A stretch of DNA of 64,000 nucleotides, taken from the NCBI GenBank assembly GCA_015680685.1, contig MNCI01000181.1, forward strand, positions 62,001 through 126,000. Reading direction: 5' to 3'. This document shows, in pieces, positions 40,401 through 53,600 of the stretch (positions are counted from its first letter, which is position 1; each line of letters opens with the position of its first letter). The position numbers and the translations under genes are program-made. The stretch comes from Gnetum montanum (taxonomy: Eukaryota > Plantae > Gnetophyta). Under the pieces are notes generated by a model. The model saw only the letters and a program-made list of their open reading frames with translations. It ran no database searches and was not told the origin of the DNA.

Positions 40401-40940
40401 CAATACAAATATGAATGCTCTCATTTTTCTTGGGAACTACCATTATGATGAGCACCTAATTAGCGTAATCAATAGCTTGAATGAAACTAGCTTGATACAG
40501 CTTCTTAATCTTATTACAAACTACTAGGGTCAAATCTAGCCTAACTTTGTGGACTTTTTGCATAACAAGTTTGATACTAATATCTAGTATAATTTTATGT
40601 TGCAATAAACATGGGTCTAATGCTAGCATATCTTTGTATAACCAAGCAAAGAAATTAATGTTATCTCAATGGACCTTTGTGATTTCTTGGGCCATCTGAG
40701 ATTCAAGAGAGGAACTTAGTTTTAGCATTTTCTCCTTACTGTTGTATGTTGTAATAGGCCTCGAGGTAAAGGATTTTAAATATGTAATTGGGCCATTCTA
40801 GGGGCTTCTTTATTAAGGCTATATGTTCAAATAGGCTCCTAGGTTCAAGATCTAGGTAATCAAGATCGATTGGTCATTTAGCATTACCATAGCATCTATT
40901 CAAGCTTAAAGGTAGGTTAATTTATGTCCATGTATCCATG
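37480..40940 (-). pseudogene. pol: pol of C: RT-RH-aRH-INT
   Basis: RT ~39700-40750; aRH 'MHFDKAS...TNNVVEYE' (~39090-39230); INT 'IIIAIEYFTMRVEAIPM...IDNGPYF' (38117-38308). Confidence 0.88.
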
Positions 40941-40999
40941 TCCTGATCCTACATGTGAACAATGTTATTACTATGCAAAATATTACAATAATAGAGAAT

Positions 41000-41600
41000 A
41001 TTAAGGTAAATTAAGGCTAAAACATAGTAAAAAAAGACTAAACTAGGTAAAACAAGATCATATCATGGTGAAAAAATATCACAAAACGTACATCAAGATG
41101 AAACAAGGTGGAACAAAGGCTAAATGATGTAGAGTAAGGACTAAATGAAGGTAAAAACTATGAAAAATGATGTCAAATGAGGTTGAATGAGAGAAAATAT
41201 TATCAAATGGTGATTAAAATGAGGCCAAATAATGTCTTAAATGATGTAAAATGATGCTAAATGACAACAAAATATTGTAAAATGTTGTCAAATGATACCA
41301 AATGATGCCAAAATAATACCAAATGATATCAACTAATGATAAAATGTCATCAAATGATGTCAAATAAGGTAAAATAAGGCTACATGATGTTGAAATATGG
41401 CCGAATGATACCATATGGTACCAAACTATACCAAATAAAGTCAAATGATGCCAGATAAGGTCAAACAAGGCTGAACAACGTTAAGAAATATTAAAATAAT
41501 AAAAAATCATGCTAAATGATATCAAATGATGTAGAAGGAGGTCAAGCATGGTTGAACAAGGTAAAATAAGTTGAAAATAATATTAAGTAATAATATTTAT
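41000..41600. repeat. 10-bp-period tandem array in the PR-RT spacer of C
   Basis: Units like AAATGATGTC, AAACAAGGTC and AAATGATACC; degenerate A-rich continuation to ~41880. Confidence 0.8.
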
Positions 41601-44600
41601 TTTTTAGGTGCTTTCATGGTCAAAATAGGATAGGACCTAGTGAAAATAGACCATAAATTGCTAGAAAAAAGTAGAAATATGGTGAAACTATGTTATAAAT
41701 TATCAAAATAAGTAAAAATCAATAGAAAATAGGCTACAAATAAGTAAAATAAATAAAAAAAAGCTAGCAAAAATAATTAAAATAAGAACAAATATTGTAA
41801 AAAAAAAGGTCAAAATAAGGAAAATTCTTGTGAAAACTATTGTAAATTGCTAGAAAAGTGATTTTTTTGAGGTAAAAAAAATTTAAAAAGATAGAAATTG
41901 GTATATCTATATTATGGGACTAGAATTTCCAATGTGTGAGCATCTTTCATAATTCCAATGTGTAGCACCTACATTCCTTGTGTGTGGATAATTTGACTTA
42001 GGTTTTAGGATTATGGAACCCACTAGGATAGCATTTGGGCATTTTTGGTTTTTTCAATTAGTGGTATGGATTTTACATGTTGTACCATGCATTATCACAA
42101 ACATGTAAAGCCCAGTATCCCAAAATGTGAGACTTGTATGATAGTTTAAGAGAGTTTGTTTCCCAAGTTTTTGGCATTTCTACCCACTTATGTTAGCATC
42201 CAAGGCCTAGGAGAGAGAACTCAAGTTTTAAAACTTTTTCATGCAAAGAATGATCTTTTTCTATTAATTTTGTACTTTTTTTTTGCCCCACACATTGGCT
42301 CACAGTTGGGTAGTGGTTCTCCAACATGTAGAAGTTCATATGCCAACTTGTGAGGGTTTCAAGGATGGTTTTGATAAGGTTTCTTAGCTTCTATATGCTT
42401 CTAGGATAATGCCTAGGGTTCTATAGTCTATTCAATCATTTTGGAGAAAATTTTGAGTATTATAATGTAATTTTAAGCTTGTTATTACCTCACATGTTGA
42501 AATATTTTTTTTCCAATGTGTGGAAGCTATGATGTTAGCTTTAATCGAATTTTTAATCTCTGCAAGCTCTTATGGCAATGTCTAGGGGTTTAGAAGAAAG
42601 ATCTAGAATATTTTGAGCTATATTGAGCAAGATAGAAGCTTGTAAAAGTATATACATTGGCCCACACATTGGTAGGTGGTTTTCCAATGTGTGGGATAAA
42701 ACTTGGTCATTCACAGAGGTTTTCTACTAGGGCTTTTGGTGTTTCCAAGTTTCTAAGCCAGCATTTTAGGTTTGGAGGAGAATTTGACATTTTTTGGATT
42801 TTTGAGGCAAACCATAAATTTTTTTTGGAAAATATATATTATAATTTACCCCAAAAATTATTGAGTGATTTTTCAACACATAGATGCAAAACCTCTAGCT
42901 TATAGATGTCCAATGATGGTTTGTGGTAGTTGGAAAATTTGGCTGATATCTAAAGATTTTGATGGGTCCTCTAAACAAGATGTGAGTAATTTTTGAATGG
43001 TATATCTCTAATTTTACTCTCCACATATTGGTCCACCTATTGGAAGGTGTTTTTTCAACATTTGGAGGCAAGGCTTCTAGTTTATGTACGTTGCCTCATA
43101 CACTAGTAAGTGGTTTTCCAACATGTTAGGCTATATAGAAGAAATTTCCTCTAAATATCCAATGTACAAGCTTGTTTTCTTTTTATTTCCTAAATCCAAT
43201 GTGTGGAGGGTTTTCTTGGATTTCAAAGGATTTTTATTTTCAACATATAAGGCACTTTCAAAGGATTTCAAGCTAAACTTTAGCGTTGGAGACTCTTTCT
43301 CAACCAATTTTTGGAGGGTAGCATATAGGAGCTAGAGAGCTAATAAAAAACAAAAATTCATATAATTTTCCAAAATTCTAGGCTACTACCCATCCCTATG
43401 GACAATTTTGTGATAGAAAACCGAAGAATTTCAAGCTTTTTGTTGCAATAGTAAAGGTAGAATTCACAAATCTTGGACATTATGTCAAAGAAGATTAGAT
43501 CATCTAATCAGAATCCAGTTTTGGATGAGGTATTTGAGTCAATATGCATTCTATCAATGGTTTAAGATCGTTCTACAAGTGAAGGATATTTTTCTAGGGC
43601 CACTAGGTATCAAATCCTCACCATTTGTTTTTCTACAATTTTGTAGAAATGTTTTTCCACTTCTCAACTATCCTAGGTCAAATTGTTTTTTTTTTTTATC
43701 AAGTTAAATCCAAGATCTAGGCATGTTGATTATGTCAAAAGTGAAATTTTGAATTTTGATTCATGATTGGAAAAAATTTGAATTTCTTTCCACACTTATG
43801 TTCAATGTTTCTTCCCTAGTTTCAATCAATTTTTACCTCACTTTGACATTTTCTCTAGACTATGTATGCTAAAATATTGCAATTTTGATCACATAGATCT
43901 ATTTTTCTAGGTTTTTTGGTTGTACTAGAGGTAGAATCACATTTCTAATATTTTTTATGAATTTTTTATGGATTCTTTCACAACCCACTTTTCAAAAACC
44001 TAGATTCAATAAAGAGATGTCTTGCCAATCCTATAGACATCTTGTACAATCATGGAAAGTTGGCCTATTCTTCCGAAATTTTGTAGCTTTTCCATTGGAA
44101 ACTAGTAGTGATTGGAAGCTTTTGTGGTTTTATAGTTAGAATTTATGATCCCAGGGTATTGCAAATGTAGTGTGGAAGGGGTTTAGGTGAATTTTGAAAT
44201 TTTTGAAATTTTTACTATATTTTTCCCAAGCTTTAGATTTTTTTTAGTCAGTCGTAGTTTTAATTATAGAGTTCTATAGTATCTATGACTATAATTAATA
44301 GTGTTTAGGATTGTGTTTTTGCCATTTTGAAATTTTTTCCAAGTCCTATGGTAAACATGTAACACTTCCTCTACTTGCTAACATAGCTTATGAAGGTTCT
44401 TGGGGCTTTTCACAAGGAAGAATGATAGCATATGGACTCTATGAGCCAAGAAAACTTGTAAATTTTTCTTTTACTTTATTTTTATCCTAGGTCTTTTATA
44501 TTATGAAATTTCAATGACCATTCCACATATGTATTCTCTACTTATTAATCCATAGTGTTGTTAATCTTGGCTTTATGTCTTGTCAAAATCTCATTTTCAA

Positions 44601-45039
44601 GCTAAGTGTTCATGAAAATGCTTGTTTAAGACCTTACACACCAATTATTTGTGAAAATTTCAACCTCATTATCCATAAGGTGAAATTAATTTTTTTATTT
44701 CAAAAAGTTGTTAAAACTGGTCAATTTAGTTTTATGATGTTTCAATGGTTGTTAACATGTCAAACTTAGCTCTTTTACTATGTCATTTGAGGTGTGATGG
44801 CTAGATTTTGACTTGCATTCTGATAGTGGTTTCTAGACTTGGTCATTTTTTATGTTTTATTTAATGGCAACATTGTCATCTTAGAGGTTATTTTGGGTTT
44901 GAATTTTGGAAAAAATGTTTTGAATATTTTCTATGATTTACTATCGTTTCTTATGGCTATATGGATGTGTGGGTATATACAAGGCTTTCTTGAAACCTTG
45001 ATTGTCATTGAGTTGGTAGGAATTTTATGTTATGTAAGG

Positions 45040-48000
45040 ATGGCTACAAAAAAGATCTTGAAACCTGATATGAACCTTAACAATTGCACATCAATATAGT
45101 TTAGACCTAGCACTAGAGAATTCCTAATGTACCTGCTCTAGAATTACAATGTGATTATGTGGTCACACTTGACTATAGATGTTCTAGCCCTAATCATGAA
45201 GACTCTTTTGGCAAGGTCTTCTAACTATGTCTTGAAGTTCATAGTTGATGATCTTGACACCCAAAGAGAGATAGAGAAAAATAATACTTCATATTCTATG
45301 AGAGCTTGAAGGTTATCACATATCTTGATGTTGGGCCACTACATAAACATTCTATTTCAAAATCCTCCAAGAACTATCTACCTACTAGTAGCATAAGTGT
45401 GTTTTTAAACTCATATGTTTTATCTATCATTGGTTTTGGTGTTGTTTGTTCTAATGGTTTTGTGCTCTGGTTTTTGTAGGTATATGGTGCACCATGGAGG
45501 ATTGGTGAGAAATGACAAAACCTTGTCTATGGCCTATATAGCTTTAGAGGAGTTTAGGAAAGGTGAGGTTATTAGAGTGCAAGTGCTTAGCTAGGTTGGT
45601 GATGGGTTCAGTAGGTACCTTACACAGTACTCTCACTTATATCAAGCATGTGTAGCTACTAATTATGCACATGCATGGTGGACTCATCAAGAACTAGGAG
45701 CATGAATGCTAGTACAACCTAAGGTTCTAGCTTTTTCCAAGCCTAGTTAGTAAAATTTGTTCAAGTATTATCAACATTTTTAGTTTTATTTTTTTGTGTT
45801 TTATTTAATTTTTTGTTTTTTTTATGATTTATAAGGCTAACCAATGAACTATGTTATGCTACAAATTCTATGCATGATTCTTTAGTCATCATGATTATTT
45901 TAGGTCATTTTGAGGAGAAAATTCAACTCAAATGGGATGATGTAGGAATGGCTAGCAAAAAGACCTCCTGAGGATATTCAACATAGGTCATCAATGCAAG
46001 TTTGTTTGACCTATTCATCTTTCCTAGTCCATCAATGTCATCTACTGAGATGTTGAACGTGATTAATTATTTTGATGAGGGGATCACCACATGCATCACT
46101 CACATTCATGTTTTTCCTTTGGTTTTAAGCATTAACAAGTGTATGCTTAGCGATCTCTTCAGCATATCTTCTAATGATGTTAAGATAGCCATTAAAGTAG
46201 GGAAGGATATAGGTCATAGAGAGGAGATAGCAGTTTGGCTTAACTCTCCTTCTAGTGCTACATTATCCTTTATCAAGTGTAAAGTTGAGAGGAAGCTAAT
46301 GAGACCTACCTACTTTTCCATTTTAGATCTTTTCCCATGTTACTATCATAGAAGAAAATAATAGGGATTCAATAGACTTGGACAATGAAAAAGATGTTAA
46401 CTAATGGTATAAGGTTTTACTTAGGTAGCTTTTGGTCAATGGGCTATGGGATGAAGTTTGAAAACTTTGAAACAACCTTGACTCCATATATCACATGCAT
46501 TTCATGTTCTTCTATGCATATCTTAGAAGATTCATAGATTTTTTGGTGATTAGGAAGAATGAAAATTGGATAGCATGAGATGCTTTTCAACTTTTCAATC
46601 CTTCAGCAAAACACATAATAGAGATGATGCGTTTTGAAGAATTACTCATGGAGGATGTGGATGAATCACTATCTATCACCACTAATAATTTTAGTAGTAT
46701 GCATGATTGCTACCCTAATAGCAAGGAGATGGAGCCCCAGTTGCACATGATAATGTAAAGAAAGCAAAGAGGGTACACATAGAAGCAAATGACACTACTA
46801 GGAAAAAGATAAAGAGGCCACAAGCTAAAGAAATTACTTCCATTGTTAATTAGTTAGCACATAAGAAGTTGTCCATCAAAATTAACCAAGTTAATGATTC
46901 AATTGAAGGTATGTATATATATTTATATTTTTACATTTTCAATTTTTTATTATTTTCTTGTTATGTTTTTTAGTTATATTTTTTTTGTTCAAACATGTTT
47001 ACTAATTTTTTTTCTCATTTTTGCATTTAGTTTGTTGTAGGGAAAAAAGGAATGTTGGCTACCAAAACTACTATGAAGGAGGAATGACAAAGCAAGGAAG
47101 AAGAGGAAATGACATTCAAGGAAGCTCTAGATGTTATGGATTCAATATTTGATGATTTATCTCTAGAAGGTAATCCTTCGATGGATGTGCCTCATGATTT
47201 TCTTGGTAAACTTTAATATTATTTATGTTTTTGTTTTAAGTTTGGTACACCTTTATTGTAAAGTTTATGTGATGGTTATGTTCATTGCAATTCATGAGCC
47301 TCCTCTAGAAGAATCAACATATACATTTCATCCCACACCTTGGATGGAGGTACCAAACAAAATAGAGTTTATGTAGGGAATGGTAGATGACATGGTTGAT
47401 AGATTGTAACAAATAGCTTCTAAAGTTGGTAAGTTCATTGTTTTTGTTTTACATTACTTTAAGTTTTAAATATTTATATGTTTTTATGTTGTAAGGATAC
47501 ATGATTTAAGGAGTTTTTAAGTATTTTTAATCTTTTTTGTTATATCTTTATTTTTATATGATTTTTGACTATGAAAGTATCCAAAGTTAGATGGAACTCT
47601 ATGAATGACATGGAATTTGATGATTTTCCTAAGTTACTACCTGATGTGAAAAATGTTCCATGAAGGTTGTACGAAGGATCTACCAATTTTGTTATATCAT
47701 GTGCTAAGACAACTTGGAAGTCCCAATTCTCTAATGAGTTTTTGTGGAAAAGGGTTGTGGCCTTGAAAAAGAAGAACAAGTAGCTAGTTGTAGAGAACAT
47801 GAGCCTTAGAGATCACAAAGAGTTTATAGAGGCCCATGTGACCAATAGAGACTCTTTCCACACTAAGAAGCATCAAGTGGTCACACTAATAGAGTATCAT
47901 TAAAAGGAAGACTACTCTAGCTAGAAGCAACATTGAGAAAGACATGTAGATGGAGTTGCTAGGTTGTAAGTCTAGGGATTGGAGGGATTATTGTACTTGG

Positions 48001-48592
48001 GCATTAGAATAGGGCAAGAAAAAAAGGCACACAAGTGGAAATATAATGCAGAAAAGGAGAGTTACCTAAAGTTATTGCATGAGGAGGCTATGGAGTAGTG
48101 AAAACATGAGCTATTTGTACAAGAGATAGACATAGAGGACACCTTTCAAATATTTGTAGAATTAATGATGGTTGTTGATTCTTCTACTCCTCATATCACT
48201 ACTACATCTAGGAAAACTACAACAACTGACCTTTCCAATGCTATACTTGAGTAGATAGCTATAGAGAGGAAAAATCTCTATCGAAGAGTGGATCTATGAT
48301 AAATTGACTAGGCTAATATGAGTGAAGAGCAAATTATTCACAAGTTCGAGACTAGCCTCCAAAAATTCACTCTTGAAGACACCGCATATGAATCCCATAA
48401 GGTTGGTAAAAATATTTTTTAAGTTTTATGTTATAATTCTTGTTGTGATTTTTGTTGTTTTATGATTATAGTTTTTGATCATTATGATTACTTATTGTTT
48501 GCATGTTTCATTTTTTAAAGGCTACAGGCAATGATGATGGTGGCATTAGTGATGACACTGATGATGATCCTTCTCCTTCTTCTATGGCTTAG
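45040..48592 (+). pseudogene. Antisense multi-exon accessory gene of C, homolog of 22452-25863
   Basis: ORF 46002-46361 'FDLFIF...EMLNVINYFDEG...SDLFSIS...EEIAVWL' aligns with A 'MHLFLA...EMLTLVNSFSEG...TDFFCIP...EELEEWL'; AT-rich introns at 45393-45479, 47429-47577, 48402-48520 and others; acidic last exon 48521-48592; 5' end uncertain. Confidence 0.8.
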
Positions 48593-49199
48593 TCTTGGTT
48601 ACTATTGGACATGTGTTGCACAATGCAACTATGGCTATTGGATATGGACATTATATATTTTTTATGTTATTTTTTACACAATGTGATCATGGCTACTATT
48701 TTGGACATTCTTGATTATATGTAAAAAAAAATTTGTTTTATATTTCATAATTTTATATTTTGGTTTATATTTTATTCATACAAGGCTATGAGTTAAAATG
48801 ACAAGGCTACAAAATAAGATTAGGTAATAGAATGAAAAATTTAAGATAGGCATAACTTCTAAAGTGAAAATTGTAAATAATGCAATAAGGATGACTAGTC
48901 ATAATGTACATAAAATGAAGATAAAAGGAAGACCACAAATTTTCCAATTTTAGGCCTTGATACAGCACTAGTTTTAGGCCCTCACAAGCCATTTTTTGTT
49001 TTTGGTTTTGCATTTTTTATTTTTTAAGTCATTTTTAGTTTTATATAAATGTAAAGGAAATAATTACAAATTGTAAATTAAAATGAAAATGTAAGGTAAA
49101 GATGTAAAGATGTAAATAAAAACTGAAATTAAGATAACTAGTTGAAGGGTCACACAATATATACAAGGACAAGAAAATGAACAACATCCTTAATCATGC

Positions 49200-52100
49200 A
49201 ACTTCTTTCTAATATTTGAGAGATTAGGAAATATATAAGTTCTTTGTTATATGATCTTGTACTATCTTTTCCACTCACTTATAATGTTGAATGGGAGCTC
49301 TTCCCATAATTTGTTAATGGTCCTAGCGTTGGTGGTCTAAACTTTGCTCACATCATTGTCGTTCTTAACTTCATTTTTGGTTATAGGAGTTTCTTCCTAA
49401 AAATATACCTCAAATTCTTACTCTAGGTTAACACTTTTAATGAACAAGGGGACTACATCATCACTATGGATTATAATTTCAAATCCTTCATAAGGTAGGT
49501 GAATCTCTTGATGAATTCGGGAAGAGAATGCTTGTGATTTGCCTAACCAGGACCTTCCTAGAATTAGGTTGAAACTTGGTATCTCTTCAATCACTAATAA
49601 ATTAGTGGAAGTGGGTAATTACCTTCCCACAATGAAGTCTAGCAATATGGATCCTTTCACAACTACCCATGACCCATTAAAGGACTTAAGGGCAAAGTTG
49701 GAGGTGCCCTGAATGTGATCTACCAAGCCTAAATGCTCCATGATGGAAAAGGATATAACATTCATTGCTACCCCATCATCAACATGCACTCAATGTACCT
49801 TTTTTTGAACAATCCTTATCATTATGAAGAGAGAAGCTCTTGACACCTCACCACTTTCCAAGTTGGTTTTTACTTCACTATCACAAAATATTAAGGTACT
49901 TGTCTTTGTTTCTTCTCTAGTTAAAGGTGGTACCGTAACTACATGAATGAACTCCTTGTTGGCAAGTATATCTTCACTCATAAGAATAGAATTTAACATC
50001 TTAACTAGTGCTTCGCATTGGGTAGGGGAGGCCACAACCAACTTGTACAGGCTCAATGATATTTTTCTATTTAATGAAGATATTTATCTACTCCATGGTA
50101 ATTATGAAGTCTTTATCATTGTTGGATGATTTCTCATGTTTGTTGCTCTTGACTTCCTTCATTCTACCCAATATTTTAACCTCATATTTTATTTTTTATT
50201 GTTTAGGCTCCTTTTCTTTTTCTTGTTTTCAGTTATCCTTCCTAGGTTAGCTGGTTGATGTAGTTTGAGTGTTTGAGTCCATGGGTATGGCTAAAATTGG
50301 AGTGGAATTTGGAGGACCTACTTGCTTCTACACCTTTGATTTTTTGTTATTCTTAGCGTTAGGCTCAACAACTAGCTTTCTATATTGCTTTAGAGATTAT
50401 TTCTCATTATTTGGTTCTGAAGAGGCTGAAGCATTAGCTACCATGAAAGGATGTTGGTCAACTTGGGTTACAATTTTTTCTATAGTGAGGGGAGCACTCT
50501 AATGACAAATGATTTCATGGAAATCATAGGTGGTGGTATTGTTATCATAAAATAATTCATTAAACTTGTAGAAGTTGAAGCCCTTTCATCATAAAAAGAT
50601 GCTCAAATCATAAACAGCTCCTTGGTAGGTTCATGGTTATTGTTAATGTTAAATATGATTATAGTATACTGATTATTGTTAATGTTCAATGGATCCTTGT
50701 ACACTTTCATATGCTAGTTTTGGGGCCTAATCAGATTGGATGCATCCAAGACCAACTCTCCATTATCTATCATCTTATACAAATCATCTTTTAGGTCCAA
50801 GAAAAAATTATGATCATGGCTAGGTAGCTAATGGTAGTGCCAAAATTAGTCCAAGTTGAAGAATTTGGACATGGTTGGATCATCCATTGTCTCTATGGAA
50901 GGATTCCTAGTAATCTTACATAGGTGATCATGCCTCTTACAAGCATTCTCTAATATTTTCTTATGTTGGATATAGTTATTTCAAAGAAACTAATCAAAAA
51001 GATCTGATCATTTCATAGATAGCTTCATGTACTTGAATAGATTTTTTCTCTCAAAGTTTGTCCTAGGTGGATTGGAGGTTGAGGTACTAGATGTTGATGT
51101 TTGAGCAATGGTGGAAAGGGCCTTTGGTTATGTTTTCATTAGGTCCTATGCTATTTTCATTTATTTGGACATCATGGCCATGGATACATGGTTTTCTTTT
51201 TCTTTGTCTCTATCCCTTCTTGCATGTTAGTTCTTATGTGCTACGTAAGCTAGGTTGTTGCTACCTTCTATGACACCTTCTATGTTTTTGTTTTAGGAAA
51301 AGGCTTGACTAACTAACTAGGGGTCTAAGTAGTAGAGCTTTGACTTGACAAAATTGTTAACCATCCCCTTGAAAGTGATCAAAACATGCATCTCAAAGAT
51401 GAATATGGGGATTTCATTAAGCATGACATTCTATCTCTATATGAACTTTTGGACAAGTTCAAGAGGCCCATGTTGGACCTTCATAAGTTGGTCTAATGTT
51501 GTACTAAGTTTCAAGTATATTCAAAATGGTTAATAAGTTGTATATCCAAAGAGGCAATGAAGCCTTTGGATAGTGCACAATAAAAATCTAAGGCTTTTCT
51601 TGTTAGGAACATTGGGAACATGCACATCAAGGTATGTAGACAAGCTTGTAGCAATAAGTTCTTAGATCAAAAAGTAATGAGATGAGATTTTAAATCTTCC
51701 TCATTGTTGTACTTAGTAATGTGGAGAATTGGGGTGTGATTAGAAATAATTATCTATAGGATAGTAGGATTGATGGAATCATCTTGGTAAAAGTTCATAA
51801 TTTTTACTTCCTATGTTGTGCTAGCTTTTACAACCCTTTGGCAAGATCTTGGATCATCTGGAAGGCTTGATCCAAGCCTTGGAACATTCCTATAGGTCAT
51901 GGCATTTGGACTAATTGTTGTGAAGGAAGTTGGATGGCATAAAGCCATGTAATTAGCATTGGAAAAGGAGGTTTGAATTGAAACCCAAGGAATGAAACAA
52001 ACAATGAGAGTATGAGAGGCTTGTGAGGCCTAGGGTTCCAAATAAAGGCCTAATTATATGAGGAAAGGAGGTGGTGTGGTAGATACCACAGGTGATCAGT

Positions 52101-52700
52101 GTACTAAAAGAGGTTGAGTTTCAAAAAGCATAGTTATAAACAAGAAGGTAAAGAGGGATGCTAGTTTAGATTAGTATGTACTACAATAGGTGTTGGGGTG
52201 AACAAGGTAGAAAAAAGAGAGTGGATTGAGAAATTTGATTTATAGAAAACACAAGAGGTGTAGAGTTGGGTATGGTCACCTCTAAAATCAATCATTATAA
52301 AAGGTCCCCTATGAATGTATTTGATTCATACTCTACTTCAAACTCATCCTCATCCTCTTGGTTTTGGTCTAAGCTAATTTTCTCACTCACCTCATCAATG
52401 TTTGCTAGTTGCATTAGCATGTGCTTATGACAATTTTTTAGTTTAATTTGGTCCTAGGATGAGGAAATATACTCCTTTCCCTTTCAGTATATAATCTCAA
52501 ACTAATGCTTGGACTTTGATTTTGTGCATGGGATAAGTAGGCTAGCTTGGATCTTAGCATAAATAAAGTTGTAATACTCTTCTTTAATGTTTGTATAGGT
52601 TGGGTCTCTTCCCCTTCTCCTAAAATATTTTCTACACTTTACCATAGCTAGATCCCTAGGATCATAAATGTAGAGGCTTCTTGGTTTGAGGCCATGTGTG
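49200..52700 (-). pseudogene. gag: gag-protease of C
   Basis: Colinear with A gag-PR (e.g. LDQAFQMIQ, KSKLYYL, YH..PGHDH, VHVDDGVA, FNLILGRSW); many stops. Confidence 0.85.
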
Positions 52701-53579
52701 CTATGTTATGTGGTAAAATGGTTAAATGATGAAAATGCATAAATAAGGTGAGGTAACATGTCGTGTAATTTGGTAAAAGCCTTAAGTATTTTAAACCAGG
52801 TTTAAAGCTCCCAACATTTGAGACTTCCAACATGTGGAAATCTCAATGTGTAGGAATCCTAGTGTGTGGAACTGCCAATGTGTGAGAGTGCAACTTGTGA
52901 ATGTTACATTTTGTGATGCTCTAACATGTTAGATCTCCAACATTTGAAGCTATAGATTGTGGGGCTATAGCATGTGGGAGTTATAAGGAATAGAAGTTGT
53001 AGCTTATGAAGGTGTAGCTTGTGGGAGCTATAGCTTGTGAAAGTTCCAATTTGTGAAGCTCCAACATGTAGGGCTTCAACATGTTAATTGCAACTATAAT
53101 GAAAAATAAATTTTTCAAAATTTTTCTAATGTATAACAATTCTGGGTAAAATAGAAATGGACTATGACATGCATAGTGGAACATAGAAAAAATTATGAAC
53201 TATAAATATAGGGAATAGAAAAATCAACACACACTACAATTGCAAAAATAAATTCTCAACCTACAAATGTAGGAAACAAAAGCAGCACTAGGCACTACAA
53301 TTGTGGAAAAAATAAATTTTAAACTACCAAGAGAAAGATGTTGACATAGTGCTATGCATTGCCATAATAAAAATTAATTTAAAATTCTCCAAGTGCAGGC
53401 AACTGAGATAGTGCAATGTACTGCAATAGCAAAAACAACGATAAAAATTTCATTTTGGAAAAACTAGATTTTAGCTCATACATTAGGTTTTGGAAAAATC
53501 AAAAATAATTTTTAATAGAAAAAACAGGCAATCAAATATTCATGCAAATGGATTTTTAGTAAATAATTTAGGTGGAGAT

Positions 53580-53595
53580 CCTCCTTCTAGCACCA
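53580..53595 (-). promoter_or_regulatory. PBS of C (tRNA-Asn type, same as A)
   Basis: Plus-strand cctccttctagcacca. Confidence 0.8.
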
Positions 53596-53600
53596 AAACC

